Shown piece by piece: positions 25,846 to 33,486 of a stretch of 33,535 nt of DNA. The stretch lies in assembly GCA_963643175.1 (NCBI GenBank), contig CAVIJF010000001.1, positions 226,975-260,509 on the forward strand, written 5' to 3'. Made by a program: the position numbers and the translations under genes. The notes beneath the pieces were generated by a model. It made no database searches. It was not told the origin of the DNA and worked only from the letters and a program-made list of their open reading frames with translations. The DNA comes from a bacterium (lineage in GTDB: Bacteria; Bacillota; Clostridia; Oscillospirales; CAG-272). Within the stretch, counting starts at the first letter, position 1. Each line of letters starts with the position of its first letter.

Positions 25846-26760
25846 TTATTCCGCGGAATTTTCCGCGGAATTTTCCGCGGAATTTTCCGTATTCTCTTTC
25901 ATCATCCGCTCCACCGTCGCGGCAAGATGTGCCACGCAGTCCGCCATGAAGCGGCAGGCAGTCGGGCGGAAATCCTTATCGTAATGGTACAGGAAGCGCC
26001 CCGCCTCCAACGTCATATCGCCCCGGTAGCGGATGTCCGCCAGCGCACGGCAAACCGCCTCCCACCGGATGTTGCCCATACCGGGCAGATTGTGCAGGTC
26101 GTTGACATAGTCCACATCGTGGATGTGCAGGGCGCCCAGCCGATCGTGACCGAGGACGCGCACGGCATCCTCCGGTTCCCGCCCGCACAGTGCCACGTGC
26201 CCCAAGTCGAGACAGACCGTGAAGCTCTCCGGATCGTCCAGCGTGTCGTAATACGCCGCCAGCTCGTGCGGGTCTGCGCACACGTCGTCCACGATGTACC
26301 GGTTGACCGGATGGTTCTGCCACATATTCTCAATGGCGATGCGCACGCCCGCCTCGCGGGCATACGATGCAAGCGAACGGTAAAACGCCATGTTCATATC
26401 GAACAGTTCCCGCTCGTGACCGTAGTAGCGTCCCTTTTGCAGGGGGTGCACCACCACCTGCCGGATGCCGAGCCGTCCGGCAAAGGCAAATACGCGCGGC
26501 ATCTGCGGCACCAGCACCTCCGTATAGTGCGCGTACCCGCCGCCGCAGGGCGCGTGCGCCTGATTAAACACCACGCCCCGGCTGTTCGCCAACGCCCGGA
26601 GCCGGTCGGCGGTTTCACGCCAGTCCTCCCGGAACAGAAAATCGTTTTCTTCGCTCAGATTCAGGTCGATTGCCGGAAACCCGGCGTCCATCATCAGCTC
26701 CAGCCCGCGCTCCAGTCCGTACTCACTGATCATGCCGGATGTTGTGGATGAATACAGCAT
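25846..26760 (-). CDS. Sugar phosphate isomerase/epimerase (xylose-isomerase-like TIM-barrel family)
   Basis: ...VRIAIENMW...HIHD... motifs typical of AP-endonuclease-2 / xylose-isomerase-like TIM barrels. The track ORF 25846..27081 is trimmed to the ATG at 26760, which has an AAGGGAG RBS. Confidence 0.75.
   Translation of the reverse strand: MLYSSTTSGMISEYGLERGLELMMDAGFPAIDLNLSEENDFLFREDWRETADRLRALANSRGVVFNQAHAPCGGGYAHYTEVLVPQMPRVFAFAGRLGIRQVVVHPLQKGRYYGHERELFDMNMAFYRSLASYAREAGVRIAIENMWQNHPVNRYIVDDVCADPHELAAYYDTLDDPESFTVCLDLGHVALCGREPEDAVRVLGHDRLGALHIHDVDYVNDLHNLPGMGNIRWEAVCRALADIRYRGDMTLEAGRFLYHYDKDFRPTACRFMADCVAHLAATVERMMKENTENSAENSAENSAE
25849..25889. repeat. Tandem array of about 3.4 copies of a 12-bp unit whose 10-bp core is palindromic (TTCCGCGGAA + TT)
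   Basis: ttccgcggaa-tt-ttccgcggaa-tt-ttccgcggaa-tt-ttccg. It lies inside the last codons of the isomerase gene, encoding ENSAENSAENSAE*. Confidence 0.8.
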
Positions 26761-26845
26761 ACAGCTCCCTTCCCCGCTCTGCGGAAAGCAGCTCCGGAAT
26801 TCGAAACCGCTTTGTTTTTTGTAAGTATAATAAGTATAAATTGAT

Positions 26846-29245
26846 TTACTGCGCCAGCCCGGCGAGATATTTCTTAATTTCCGGCAATCCGGCGTACTTT
26901 TCGGTCGCGCCGTCCGAAACAACCACCAGCGTGGGTGCCTGACGGACGCCGTACTCCTTCGCCATGTCGATGTGCTCGTTGGCATAGATTTTCTCGTAAA
27001 CCATGCCTGCCTTATCCAGCGCCACCGCCGCAATCTTGCAGTTGGGGCAGGTGGGTGTGGCGAACAGGTACATCCGCGCATTGCAGGTCTGCGGCTCCGC
27101 CGTCACGGGCGCCGCCTCTCCGGCAGTGCAGGACGCCGCACCGTCCGAACGGGGACCGACGTGCGTCAGATGGGAGGCGCCGAGGTCGTAGGTCTTGCGG
27201 TCCTTGAACTCCTGCGACTTGCCGTCGTTCCAGTTCTGCACGGGGCGGTAGTAGCCGGTGATACGGCTGTATACCTCCGTCTTCTGACCGCAGATGGGGC
27301 AGGTATACTGCTCGCCGGTCAGATAGCCGTGGTCGCGGCAGACCGAATAGGTGGGGGACAGCGTGTAGTAGGGCAGGCGGTAGTTCTCAGCAATCTTGCG
27401 CACCAGCGCCGCCGCCGCCTTCCAGTCAGGCAGCTTCTCGCCGAGGAAGGCGTGGAAAACCGTACCCGATGTGTACAGCGTCTGCAGCTCGTCCTGAATA
27501 TCCAGCGCCGTGAAGATGTCCTCCGTGTAACCGACCGGCAGGTGGGAGGAGTTGGTATAGTACGGGGTGTCGCCGTCGCGGGCAGCCGTGATGATGTCCG
27601 GGAAGCGCTCCTTGTCATGCTTGGCGAAGCGGTAGGAAGTGGACTCGGCGGGCGTTGCCTCCAGATTGTACAGATCGCCGTACATCTCCTGATAGTCGGA
27701 CAGGCGCTCCCGCATATGGTTCAGCACCTCGGCAGTAAACTTCTGCGCCGCCGTATGCGTCAGATCCTCACGTAGCCAGTTGGCATTGAGGCACGCCTCG
27801 TTCATGCCGACCAGACCGATGGTGGAAAAGTGATTGTCGAAGGAGCCGAGATAGCGCTTGGTGTAGGGATACAGTCCGTTCTCCATCAGCTGGGTAATGA
27901 CGCGGCGCTTGATTTTGAGCGAGCGGGCGGAGATATCCATCAGCCGGTCAAGGCGGCGGTAGAAGTCCTCCACGTTGCTTGCCTGATAGGCAATGCTGGG
28001 CATATTGATGGTCACGACGCCCACCGAACCGGTAGATTCGCCGCTTCCGAAGAAACCGCCGGACTTCTTGCGCAGCTCGCGCAGGTCAAGGCGCAGGCGG
28101 CAGCACATGGAACGGACATCGGTCGGCTCCATATCGCTGTTGACATAGTTGGAGAAGTACGGCGTGCCGTACTTGGATGTCATCTCAAACAGCAGGCGGT
28201 TGTTTTCGGTATCCGACCAGTCAAAATTGCGGGTTATGGAGTAGGTGGGAATGGGGTACTGGAAGCCGCGCCCGTTGGCGTCGCCCTCAATCATGGTCTC
28301 GATGAACGCCTTGTTTACGATGTCCATCTCGTGCTGGCAGTCCTTGTACTTGAAGTCCATTTCCTTTCCGCCAATAATGCAGTTCTGCTCGGCGAGATCA
28401 GGCGGAACCACCCAGTCCAGCGTAATGTTGGAGAAAGGCGCCTGCGTGCCCCAGCGGGAAGGCGTATTGACGCCGAAGATGAAGGACTCGATGCACTTCT
28501 TCACGGCGTCGTAACTCAGATTGTCGTACTTGACGAAAGGCGCAAGGTATGTATCGAAGGAGGAGAACGCCTGCGCGCCCGCCCACTCGTTCTGCATGAT
28601 ACCGAGGAAGTTGACCATCTGGTTGCACAGCGTCGCCAGATGCTTGGCGGGCGCCGAAGTAATCTTACCGGTCACGCCGCCCAGTCCCTCCTGAATCAGC
28701 TGCTTGAGCGACCATCCGGCGCAATAGCCGGTCAGCATGGAGAGGTCATGCAGGTGGATGTCCGCATTGCGGTGCGCATCGGCGATTTCCTCGTCGTAGA
28801 CCTCGCTCAGCCAGTAGTTGGCGGTGATGGCACCGGAGTTGGACAGAATCAGACCGCCGACCGAATAGGTAACGGTGGAGTTTTCCTTGACACGCCAGTC
28901 GTTGACCTTGAGGTAGTTGTCCACAATCTTTTTGTAGTCCAGCAGCGTATTGCTCATATTGCGCATACGCTCACGCTGTTTACGGTACAGGATGTAGGAC
29001 TTGGCGACCTCGTCATAGCCCGCCTTAATCAGAACCGACTCCACGCTGTCCTGAATATCCTCCACCGACACCCGATCCTCCTTGATTTTGGACTGGAAGT
29101 CGGATGTGACCTTCAGCGCCAGAAAGTCGATGGTATCATCGTTATACTGCAAATCGCAGGCATCAAACGCCTTGATGATTGCATTCCGTATCTTGCTCAG
29201 GTTGAAATTGACAACCTTGCCGTCCCGTTTGACTACTGTATACAT
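26846..29245 (-). CDS. nrdD: Anaerobic ribonucleoside-triphosphate reductase (class III RNR) with a fused C-terminal glutaredoxin-like domain
   Basis: N-terminal ATP-cone (MYTVVKRDGKVVNFNLSKIRNAI...). C-terminal zinc ribbon plus glycyl-radical motif CPICGQKTEVYSRITGYYRPVQNWNDGKSQEFKDRKTYD. An in-frame extension of about 105 aa follows. RBS AAAGGAGAGG. Confidence 0.93.
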   Translation of the reverse strand: MYTVVKRDGKVVNFNLSKIRNAIIKAFDACDLQYNDDTIDFLALKVTSDFQSKIKEDRVSVEDIQDSVESVLIKAGYDEVAKSYILYRKQRERMRNMSNTLLDYKKIVDNYLKVNDWRVKENSTVTYSVGGLILSNSGAITANYWLSEVYDEEIADAHRNADIHLHDLSMLTGYCAGWSLKQLIQEGLGGVTGKITSAPAKHLATLCNQMVNFLGIMQNEWAGAQAFSSFDTYLAPFVKYDNLSYDAVKKCIESFIFGVNTPSRWGTQAPFSNITLDWVVPPDLAEQNCIIGGKEMDFKYKDCQHEMDIVNKAFIETMIEGDANGRGFQYPIPTYSITRNFDWSDTENNRLLFEMTSKYGTPYFSNYVNSDMEPTDVRSMCCRLRLDLRELRKKSGGFFGSGESTGSVGVVTINMPSIAYQASNVEDFYRRLDRLMDISARSLKIKRRVITQLMENGLYPYTKRYLGSFDNHFSTIGLVGMNEACLNANWLREDLTHTAAQKFTAEVLNHMRERLSDYQEMYGDLYNLEATPAESTSYRFAKHDKERFPDIITAARDGDTPYYTNSSHLPVGYTEDIFTALDIQDELQTLYTSGTVFHAFLGEKLPDWKAAAALVRKIAENYRLPYYTLSPTYSVCRDHGYLTGEQYTCPICGQKTEVYSRITGYYRPVQNWNDGKSQEFKDRKTYDLGASHLTHVGPRSDGAASCTAGEAAPVTAEPQTCNARMYLFATPTCPNCKIAAVALDKAGMVYEKIYANEHIDMAKEYGVRQAPTLVVVSDGATEKYAGLPEIKKYLAGLAQ
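26849..27073 (-). other. Glutaredoxin/NrdH-like thioredoxin-fold domain (CPNC motif) fused in-frame to the NrdD C-terminus
   Basis: MYLFATPTCPNCKIAAVALDKAGMVYEKIYANEHIDMAKEYGVRQAPTLVVVSDGATEKYAGLPEIKKYLAGLAQ*. It has a CxxC motif, about 75 aa of beta-alpha-beta topology, no intervening stop codon and no RBS before the internal Met. Confidence 0.7.
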
Positions 29246-29311
29246 ACTGCCTCTCCTTTGTTCCTCTGTATGCGCGGCGTCTGGCTGTCAGCCGGAGTGC
29301 GCTGTTCTTAT

Positions 29312-29340
29312 ACTATACCATACTTGCCACTGTTTGTCAA
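29312..29340 (-). promoter_or_regulatory. Near-consensus sigma-70 promoter for nrdD
   Basis: Minus strand: TTGACA (29335-29340), 17-nt spacer, TATAGT (29312-29317), about 67 nt upstream of the ATG. Confidence 0.5.
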
Positions 29341-29348
29341 GCCCGTTT

Positions 29349-29395
29349 TTTCTATATTTTGTGTTAAATTTGAAAAATATGTCAAGATATTGTGT
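29349..29395. promoter_or_regulatory. Two putative NrdR boxes in tandem, 31 bp start-to-start, overlapping the nrdD -35 element
   Basis: Minus-strand reads are ACACAATATCTTGACA (29380-29395) and ACACAAAATATAGAAA (29349-29364). Each matches the NrdR-box core CwAtATaTwG at 9 of 10 positions. The 31-32 bp tandem spacing is typical of NrdR operators. Confidence 0.4.
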
Positions 29396-29429
29396 CTGCT
29401 GCCTTCTCCGGGACAGCACGGCAGCGTGC

Positions 29430-30128
29430 TCACACGCCGCGCAGGTCGGTCGGAATGCCCCGGTCGCACGCGATTTTCCGCATAGTCTCGAGCGTCCCGG
29501 GCGTATGCGCTGTGAACGGTCCGCTGCCCACAAGGCTCCCGCTGTCCTTGAAATTCTGCAAAAAGTAGTGCCGCGCTCCGGATATCCGGTCGGCGATGGC
29601 GGCAATATCCGCCTCCGTGTGCAGCTCCCGGACAACGGTCGTGCGGAACTCATAGTCCACGGCACCGCCGAGCAGATAGTCCATACTGACAAAGACGCCG
29701 GACAGCTCCGTCTCCGGGATTCCCGCCGTCATGGCGTACTTGGCGGGGCTGTTCTTGACGTCCATGGCGACGTAATCCACCAGCCCCTCCTCAACCAGCA
29801 CACGCAGCGTTCCGGGGTGCGTGCCGTTCGTATCCAGCTTGACGGCGTACCCCAGCTCCTTCACCTGCCGCAGAAATCCGGCAAGCCCCGGCTGGAGCGT
29901 CGGCTCCCCGCCCGTGACGCACACGCCGTCCAGAAGTCCCTTCCGGCGCCGGAGGTATGCCAGCACATCCGCCTCTTCCCATATATCGTCTGCCTGCTCC
30001 AGCTCCGTGACCAGCAGCGCATTGTGGCAGAAGGGGCAGCGCATATTGCACCCTCCCGTGAACAGAGTGCAGGCAACCTGACCCGGAAAGTCAAGCAGCG
30101 TCATTTTCTGAAATCCGTAAAAGCGCAT
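29430..30128 (-). CDS. nrdG: Anaerobic ribonucleotide reductase activating protein (radical SAM)
   Basis: ...DFPGQVACTLFTGGCNMRCPFCHN... CxxxCxxC radical-SAM motif in an NrdG-type context, immediately upstream of nrdD. Confidence 0.88.
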   Translation of the reverse strand: MRFYGFQKMTLLDFPGQVACTLFTGGCNMRCPFCHNALLVTELEQADDIWEEADVLAYLRRRKGLLDGVCVTGGEPTLQPGLAGFLRQVKELGYAVKLDTNGTHPGTLRVLVEEGLVDYVAMDVKNSPAKYAMTAGIPETELSGVFVSMDYLLGGAVDYEFRTTVVRELHTEADIAAIADRISGARHYFLQNFKDSGSLVGSGPFTAHTPGTLETMRKIACDRGIPTDLRGV

Positions 30129-30208
30129 GGTATCCGTCGGGCTGACAGCCCCGACACTCCTTTCAGTTCAATATGCCGGACAGAGGGGACGGCGCCTCCC
30201 TGCCCCCG

Positions 30209-31300
30209 TCAGTTGCCGTTCGGGAAAGGACCGTACAGGGTCAGCGCCGGAACGTGGCGCACGGTAAAGGGGGCGTACTCGCTGTTGTCCGGCAGTGCAC
30301 CGGTTTCCGCATCCGGGTTGAGCGTGACCAGCGTGCCGCCCATGTGACCGGGAATATGATAGTCGTACTGCCCTGTCTTGAGTCCGTATGTCCAGCGGAC
30401 ACCCTGCCAGAGCACGGAGGTGTTGATGGCGTGGTCATGCCCCACAAACACGCCGTCCGTGCAGGCGGCACGCATGGCATCGCGGAAGCCCTCCGGCGAC
30501 GCGAACGCGCTGTGCATCTCCCGGCGGCAGCCGAAGTCCCCGTTGCGCGCAGGCACGTCCGCGCCGATAACATAGCTGCGCCGGATGTCCTCCGTCTCGT
30601 AGCCGCATGAACGGGCGGAAAGCAGGAAGTCGGTCGTGGGAATATGGAAAGCAAGCAATCCGGGAATATCGCCCGCCTGCCCGACCGCCTCACCGCGTGC
30701 GCGGAGCCACGCGACCTGATCCGGCGCGAAGCCCGCCGTCCGACACAGCGCCGGGTCGGTTCCGCCGCCGCAGCCGTTGGAATCCATCATGTACAGGACG
30801 CGGCACAGCCGTCCGCCGACCGATATGCCGACCGTGTAGTTGCCGTGCCCGGTCACATCCCCCCGGCGGAACAGGCAGTACGACCCGCTCTCCAGCAGGT
30901 CACACTGCCATGCCACCCCGCGGGCGCTTTCGTTGTCGTGATTGCCGAACACCGGTGCCCACGGAATGCACAGCCCGTTCATGAAGGCGCAGAACTGCTC
31001 CAGACTCCGCCCGCTGTCGTCAAATTCCCCGTACACGATGTCGCCCGTGATGAAAATCAAATCCGGGTTGGTCTGCGCCACCAGGCTGCGGATGTGCCCG
31101 TAGCACTCGGCATCCGCGTTTTCCGGCGCCCAGCATACGATTTCCCGGTCGTTCAGCCGTCCCGGGAACCGCCTCTGGCTGGCGTCAATAACCTGCATAT
31201 CCGTCAGCTGCAGGATGCGCGGTATGCGCCCCGCAGGCAGCCGCACCAGAAAATCACAGCCGGGTGCGTCGGCGTTGGCCATATACTGTCGGTCTGCCAT
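30209..31300 (-). CDS. Metallophosphoesterase (calcineurin-like phosphoesterase family)
   Basis: ...LIFITGDIVYGE... and ...VFGNHDNE... metal-binding motifs. RBS GGGGGAAAG. Confidence 0.82.
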   Translation of the reverse strand: MADRQYMANADAPGCDFLVRLPAGRIPRILQLTDMQVIDASQRRFPGRLNDREIVCWAPENADAECYGHIRSLVAQTNPDLIFITGDIVYGEFDDSGRSLEQFCAFMNGLCIPWAPVFGNHDNESARGVAWQCDLLESGSYCLFRRGDVTGHGNYTVGISVGGRLCRVLYMMDSNGCGGGTDPALCRTAGFAPDQVAWLRARGEAVGQAGDIPGLLAFHIPTTDFLLSARSCGYETEDIRRSYVIGADVPARNGDFGCRREMHSAFASPEGFRDAMRAACTDGVFVGHDHAINTSVLWQGVRWTYGLKTGQYDYHIPGHMGGTLVTLNPDAETGALPDNSEYAPFTVRHVPALTLYGPFPNGN

Positions 31301-31325
31301 ATCTGTTCTTTCCCCCGTTGTTGTT

Positions 31326-32261
31326 TTATTTAAGGAACCCGTTGATAATCTGTTCCTCTGCCTGCTTTTCCGTCAGACCGAGCGTCATCAGCTTGGTCAG
31401 CTGCTCTCCGGCAATCTTTCCGATAGCCGCCTCATGAATCAGCGATGCTTCGACATGGTTGGCGGCGATTTCCGGCTTTGCCGTGACCGATGCGGAATCC
31501 ATGATGATGGCATCGCATTCGGTATGCCCGGAGCAGCGGTTGTTCCCGCGCACGTCCGAGACAAACAGCTGCCGGGAGGAATCGCGTGCAACCGAGCGCG
31601 ACACGACGTGCGTGCCGCACCCGGCACCGTTGAGATCGACCCGGAAATGCGTCTCCGCCCATTGGGCGCCGTGCGTCATGATTTTTTCATGAACAACCAG
31701 CGTGGCTCGGTCGGCAAGCTCGGCGTCCGTCTCGCGGCGGGTGGAGTCCACGCCCTTGATCTGCGCCGTTTCCATTTCCATGTAGCTGTCTGCGGCAAGG
31801 TGTACCTCCGTTGTCGGGTTCATGACCCGCTCGCCGGTTCCCTCCCCCTCGCCGTAGTGCTTTTCCACATACCGGACCCGCGCCCGCTCGCCGACCCAGA
31901 AGCGGTGGATGCCGCTGTGCTCGCTGGTCTCGGCACCGCCGTTGTGAATGCCGCATCCGGCGACAATGGTGACATCACAGTCCTCACCGACGTGGAAGTC
32001 GTTGTAGACCAGCTCTTTCAGTCCCGTCTGCGCCAGCAGAACCGGAATGTGGACGCTTTCGTTCTTTGTGCCCGGCTCGATGTAAATATCAATACCGGCA
32101 ACATCGGTTTTCTTCTCAATGCGGATGTGCGCGGAGGAATTCTTGCCGAACAGGGCGCCGTTGATACGCAGGGAGTACGCCCCCTCCGGCATCTCGTGCA
32201 GTCCGGACACCTCCGCCAGCAGCTGCTTCTGAATGGCGTCAAGCCCCTTGAATTCAGCCAT
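31326..32261 (-). CDS. Fe-S cluster assembly protein, SufB/SufD family (short form)
   Basis: 311 aa with the beta-helix-rich composition typical of SufBD. It overlaps the upstream sufC stop by 8 nt (operon). Confidence 0.8.
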   Translation of the reverse strand: MAEFKGLDAIQKQLLAEVSGLHEMPEGAYSLRINGALFGKNSSAHIRIEKKTDVAGIDIYIEPGTKNESVHIPVLLAQTGLKELVYNDFHVGEDCDVTIVAGCGIHNGGAETSEHSGIHRFWVGERARVRYVEKHYGEGEGTGERVMNPTTEVHLAADSYMEMETAQIKGVDSTRRETDAELADRATLVVHEKIMTHGAQWAETHFRVDLNGAGCGTHVVSRSVARDSSRQLFVSDVRGNNRCSGHTECDAIIMDSASVTAKPEIAANHVEASLIHEAAIGKIAGEQLTKLMTLGLTEKQAEEQIINGFLK

Positions 32262-33003
32262 GGCGTATCTCCTTTCCCTGTGCTACGGCACAGCCCGCCG
32301 TCACATGGAGCAGTCCGGGCAGGACTTCCTCCCGGCTACCGTCCGCCGTTACGCGACCGCCGGACAGCACAATCACGCGGTCGGCAATATCCAGAATGCG
32401 CTCCTGATGCGAGATAATCAAGATTGTGCCGTGTGTCTGCTCATACATATTCCGGAACACGCCGATGAGATTCTGGAAGCTCCACAGATCGATACCCGCC
32501 TCCGGCTCGTCAAAGACCGAAAACTTTGTGCCGCGCGCCAGAATCATGGCAATCTCAATGCGCTTCAACTCTCCGCCGGACAGCGACGCATTGACTTCGC
32601 GGTTCACATACTCCTTCGCGCACAGCCCCACCTCCGAGAGGTAATCGCAGACCTGCCCCATGGACAGCGGCTTTCCTGCGGCAAGGGTCAGCAGGTCGCG
32701 CACGGTCAGCCCCTTGAAGCGAACCGGCTGCTGAAAGGCATAGCTGATGCCCGCGCGTGCCCGATCGGTAACGGACATATCCGTGATATCCTGCCCATCC
32801 AGCAGAATGCGCCCCTCTGCGGGGCGGATAATGCCCGCAATCAAGCGTGCCAGTGTGGATTTTCCGCTTCCGTTCGGACCGGTGATTGCCACAAAGCGTT
32901 CCTGTACGGTGAGATTGACGTCGGACAGGATTTCGGTTTCCTTCCCGTCTCCGGCGGGGGCGGAATCCTTGACCCGATACGTAATGTGTGATAGTGTCAG
33001 CAT
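32254..33003 (-). CDS. sufC: Fe-S cluster assembly ATPase SufC (ABC ATPase)
   Basis: Walker A motif GPNGSGKST, ABC signature LSGGELKR, Walker B motif FSVFDEPEAGIDL. The track ORF 32254..33171 is trimmed to the ATG at 33003, which has a GGAAGGAAGGAAA RBS. Confidence 0.9.
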   Translation of the reverse strand: MLTLSHITYRVKDSAPAGDGKETEILSDVNLTVQERFVAITGPNGSGKSTLARLIAGIIRPAEGRILLDGQDITDMSVTDRARAGISYAFQQPVRFKGLTVRDLLTLAAGKPLSMGQVCDYLSEVGLCAKEYVNREVNASLSGGELKRIEIAMILARGTKFSVFDEPEAGIDLWSFQNLIGVFRNMYEQTHGTILIISHQERILDIADRVIVLSGGRVTADGSREEVLPGLLHVTAGCAVAQGKEIRHG

Positions 33004-33114
33004 GACATTTCCTTCCTTCCGGGGAGACGCTGACTGGCAGGCTTTCCGTGCCGATACCGGGTCAGCGCTTCCCTGAACATTGCGGAACCGCACGGGGCGG
33101 CTCCCTACCCGTAT

Positions 33115-33143
33115 AATATACCACAGTTTGCCGATTTTTTCAA
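33115..33143 (-). promoter_or_regulatory. Sigma-70 promoter for the sufC-sufBD operon
   Basis: Minus strand: TTGAAA, 17-nt spacer, TGgTATATT (extended -10). The 5' UTR is about 110 nt and carries a 7-bp inverted repeat (cgctgac...gtcagcg) just before the RBS. Confidence 0.5.
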
Positions 33144-33424
33144 CGGGTTTTCCGCTTTTTTCTTGGGACAAGAGCAGTTGACTTTTGGGGATAAGGATAC
33201 CGGGGGCGTCGCCCTACGCGGCAGTGCAACACGCCCGGTATGCAGTGTCGCCTCTGGCACAGATGCAGGGTTGCAAGGGACGAAGCCCCTTGCATAAGAC
33301 AACCTTGAACCTCCTGCTTCCCGTTGGAAAGGGGCACCGTGGAATGGTGTGCTATACTATAAGTAGAGTCGACAATCCCCTAAGAATCTGATATAAGGGC
33401 ACCTCTAAAAATTCTGCCCATATC

Positions 33425-33453
33425 TTGCAATTTTCCGCAAGATACGGTATAAT
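33425..33453 (+). promoter_or_regulatory. Sigma-70 promoter for the gene starting at 33487
   Basis: TTGCAA, 17-nt spacer, TATAAT. The -35 element is embedded in the inverted repeat cttgc...gcaag. Confidence 0.5.
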
Positions 33454-33486
33454 AGAGAAAGCCAAGAAAGGGCGGGAAAGAAAGAC

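Noticed and set aside
26761-26845. Possible terminator between nrdD and the isomerase gene
   Set aside because: There is a T-run (tttgtttttt) on the plus strand, but only a weak 4-bp stem precedes it and no convincing hairpin is on the minus (transcribed) strand. The region more likely holds a promoter or RBS for the isomerase gene (direct repeat TTATACTTA x2).
27830-30347. Plus-strand ORFs 27830..29485 (551 aa) and 29082..30347 (421 aa)
   Set aside because: Antisense to nrdD and nrdG. Shadow ORFs.
31215-32417. Plus-strand 400-aa ORF
   Set aside because: Antisense to sufBD and the metallophosphoesterase gene. Shadow ORF.
33112-33117. Plus-strand TATAAT hexamer inside the suf promoter region
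   Set aside because: There is no matching -35 element at the correct spacing. It is the reverse-strand image of the AT-rich minus-strand -10 region.
33140-33337. Small minus-strand ORF (MQGASSLATLHLCQRRHCIPGVLHCRVGRRPRYPYPQK..) preceded by GGAGG
   Set aside because: Extremely Arg/Pro-rich, overlaps the suf promoter and shows no coding-like composition. A chance ORF is more likely.
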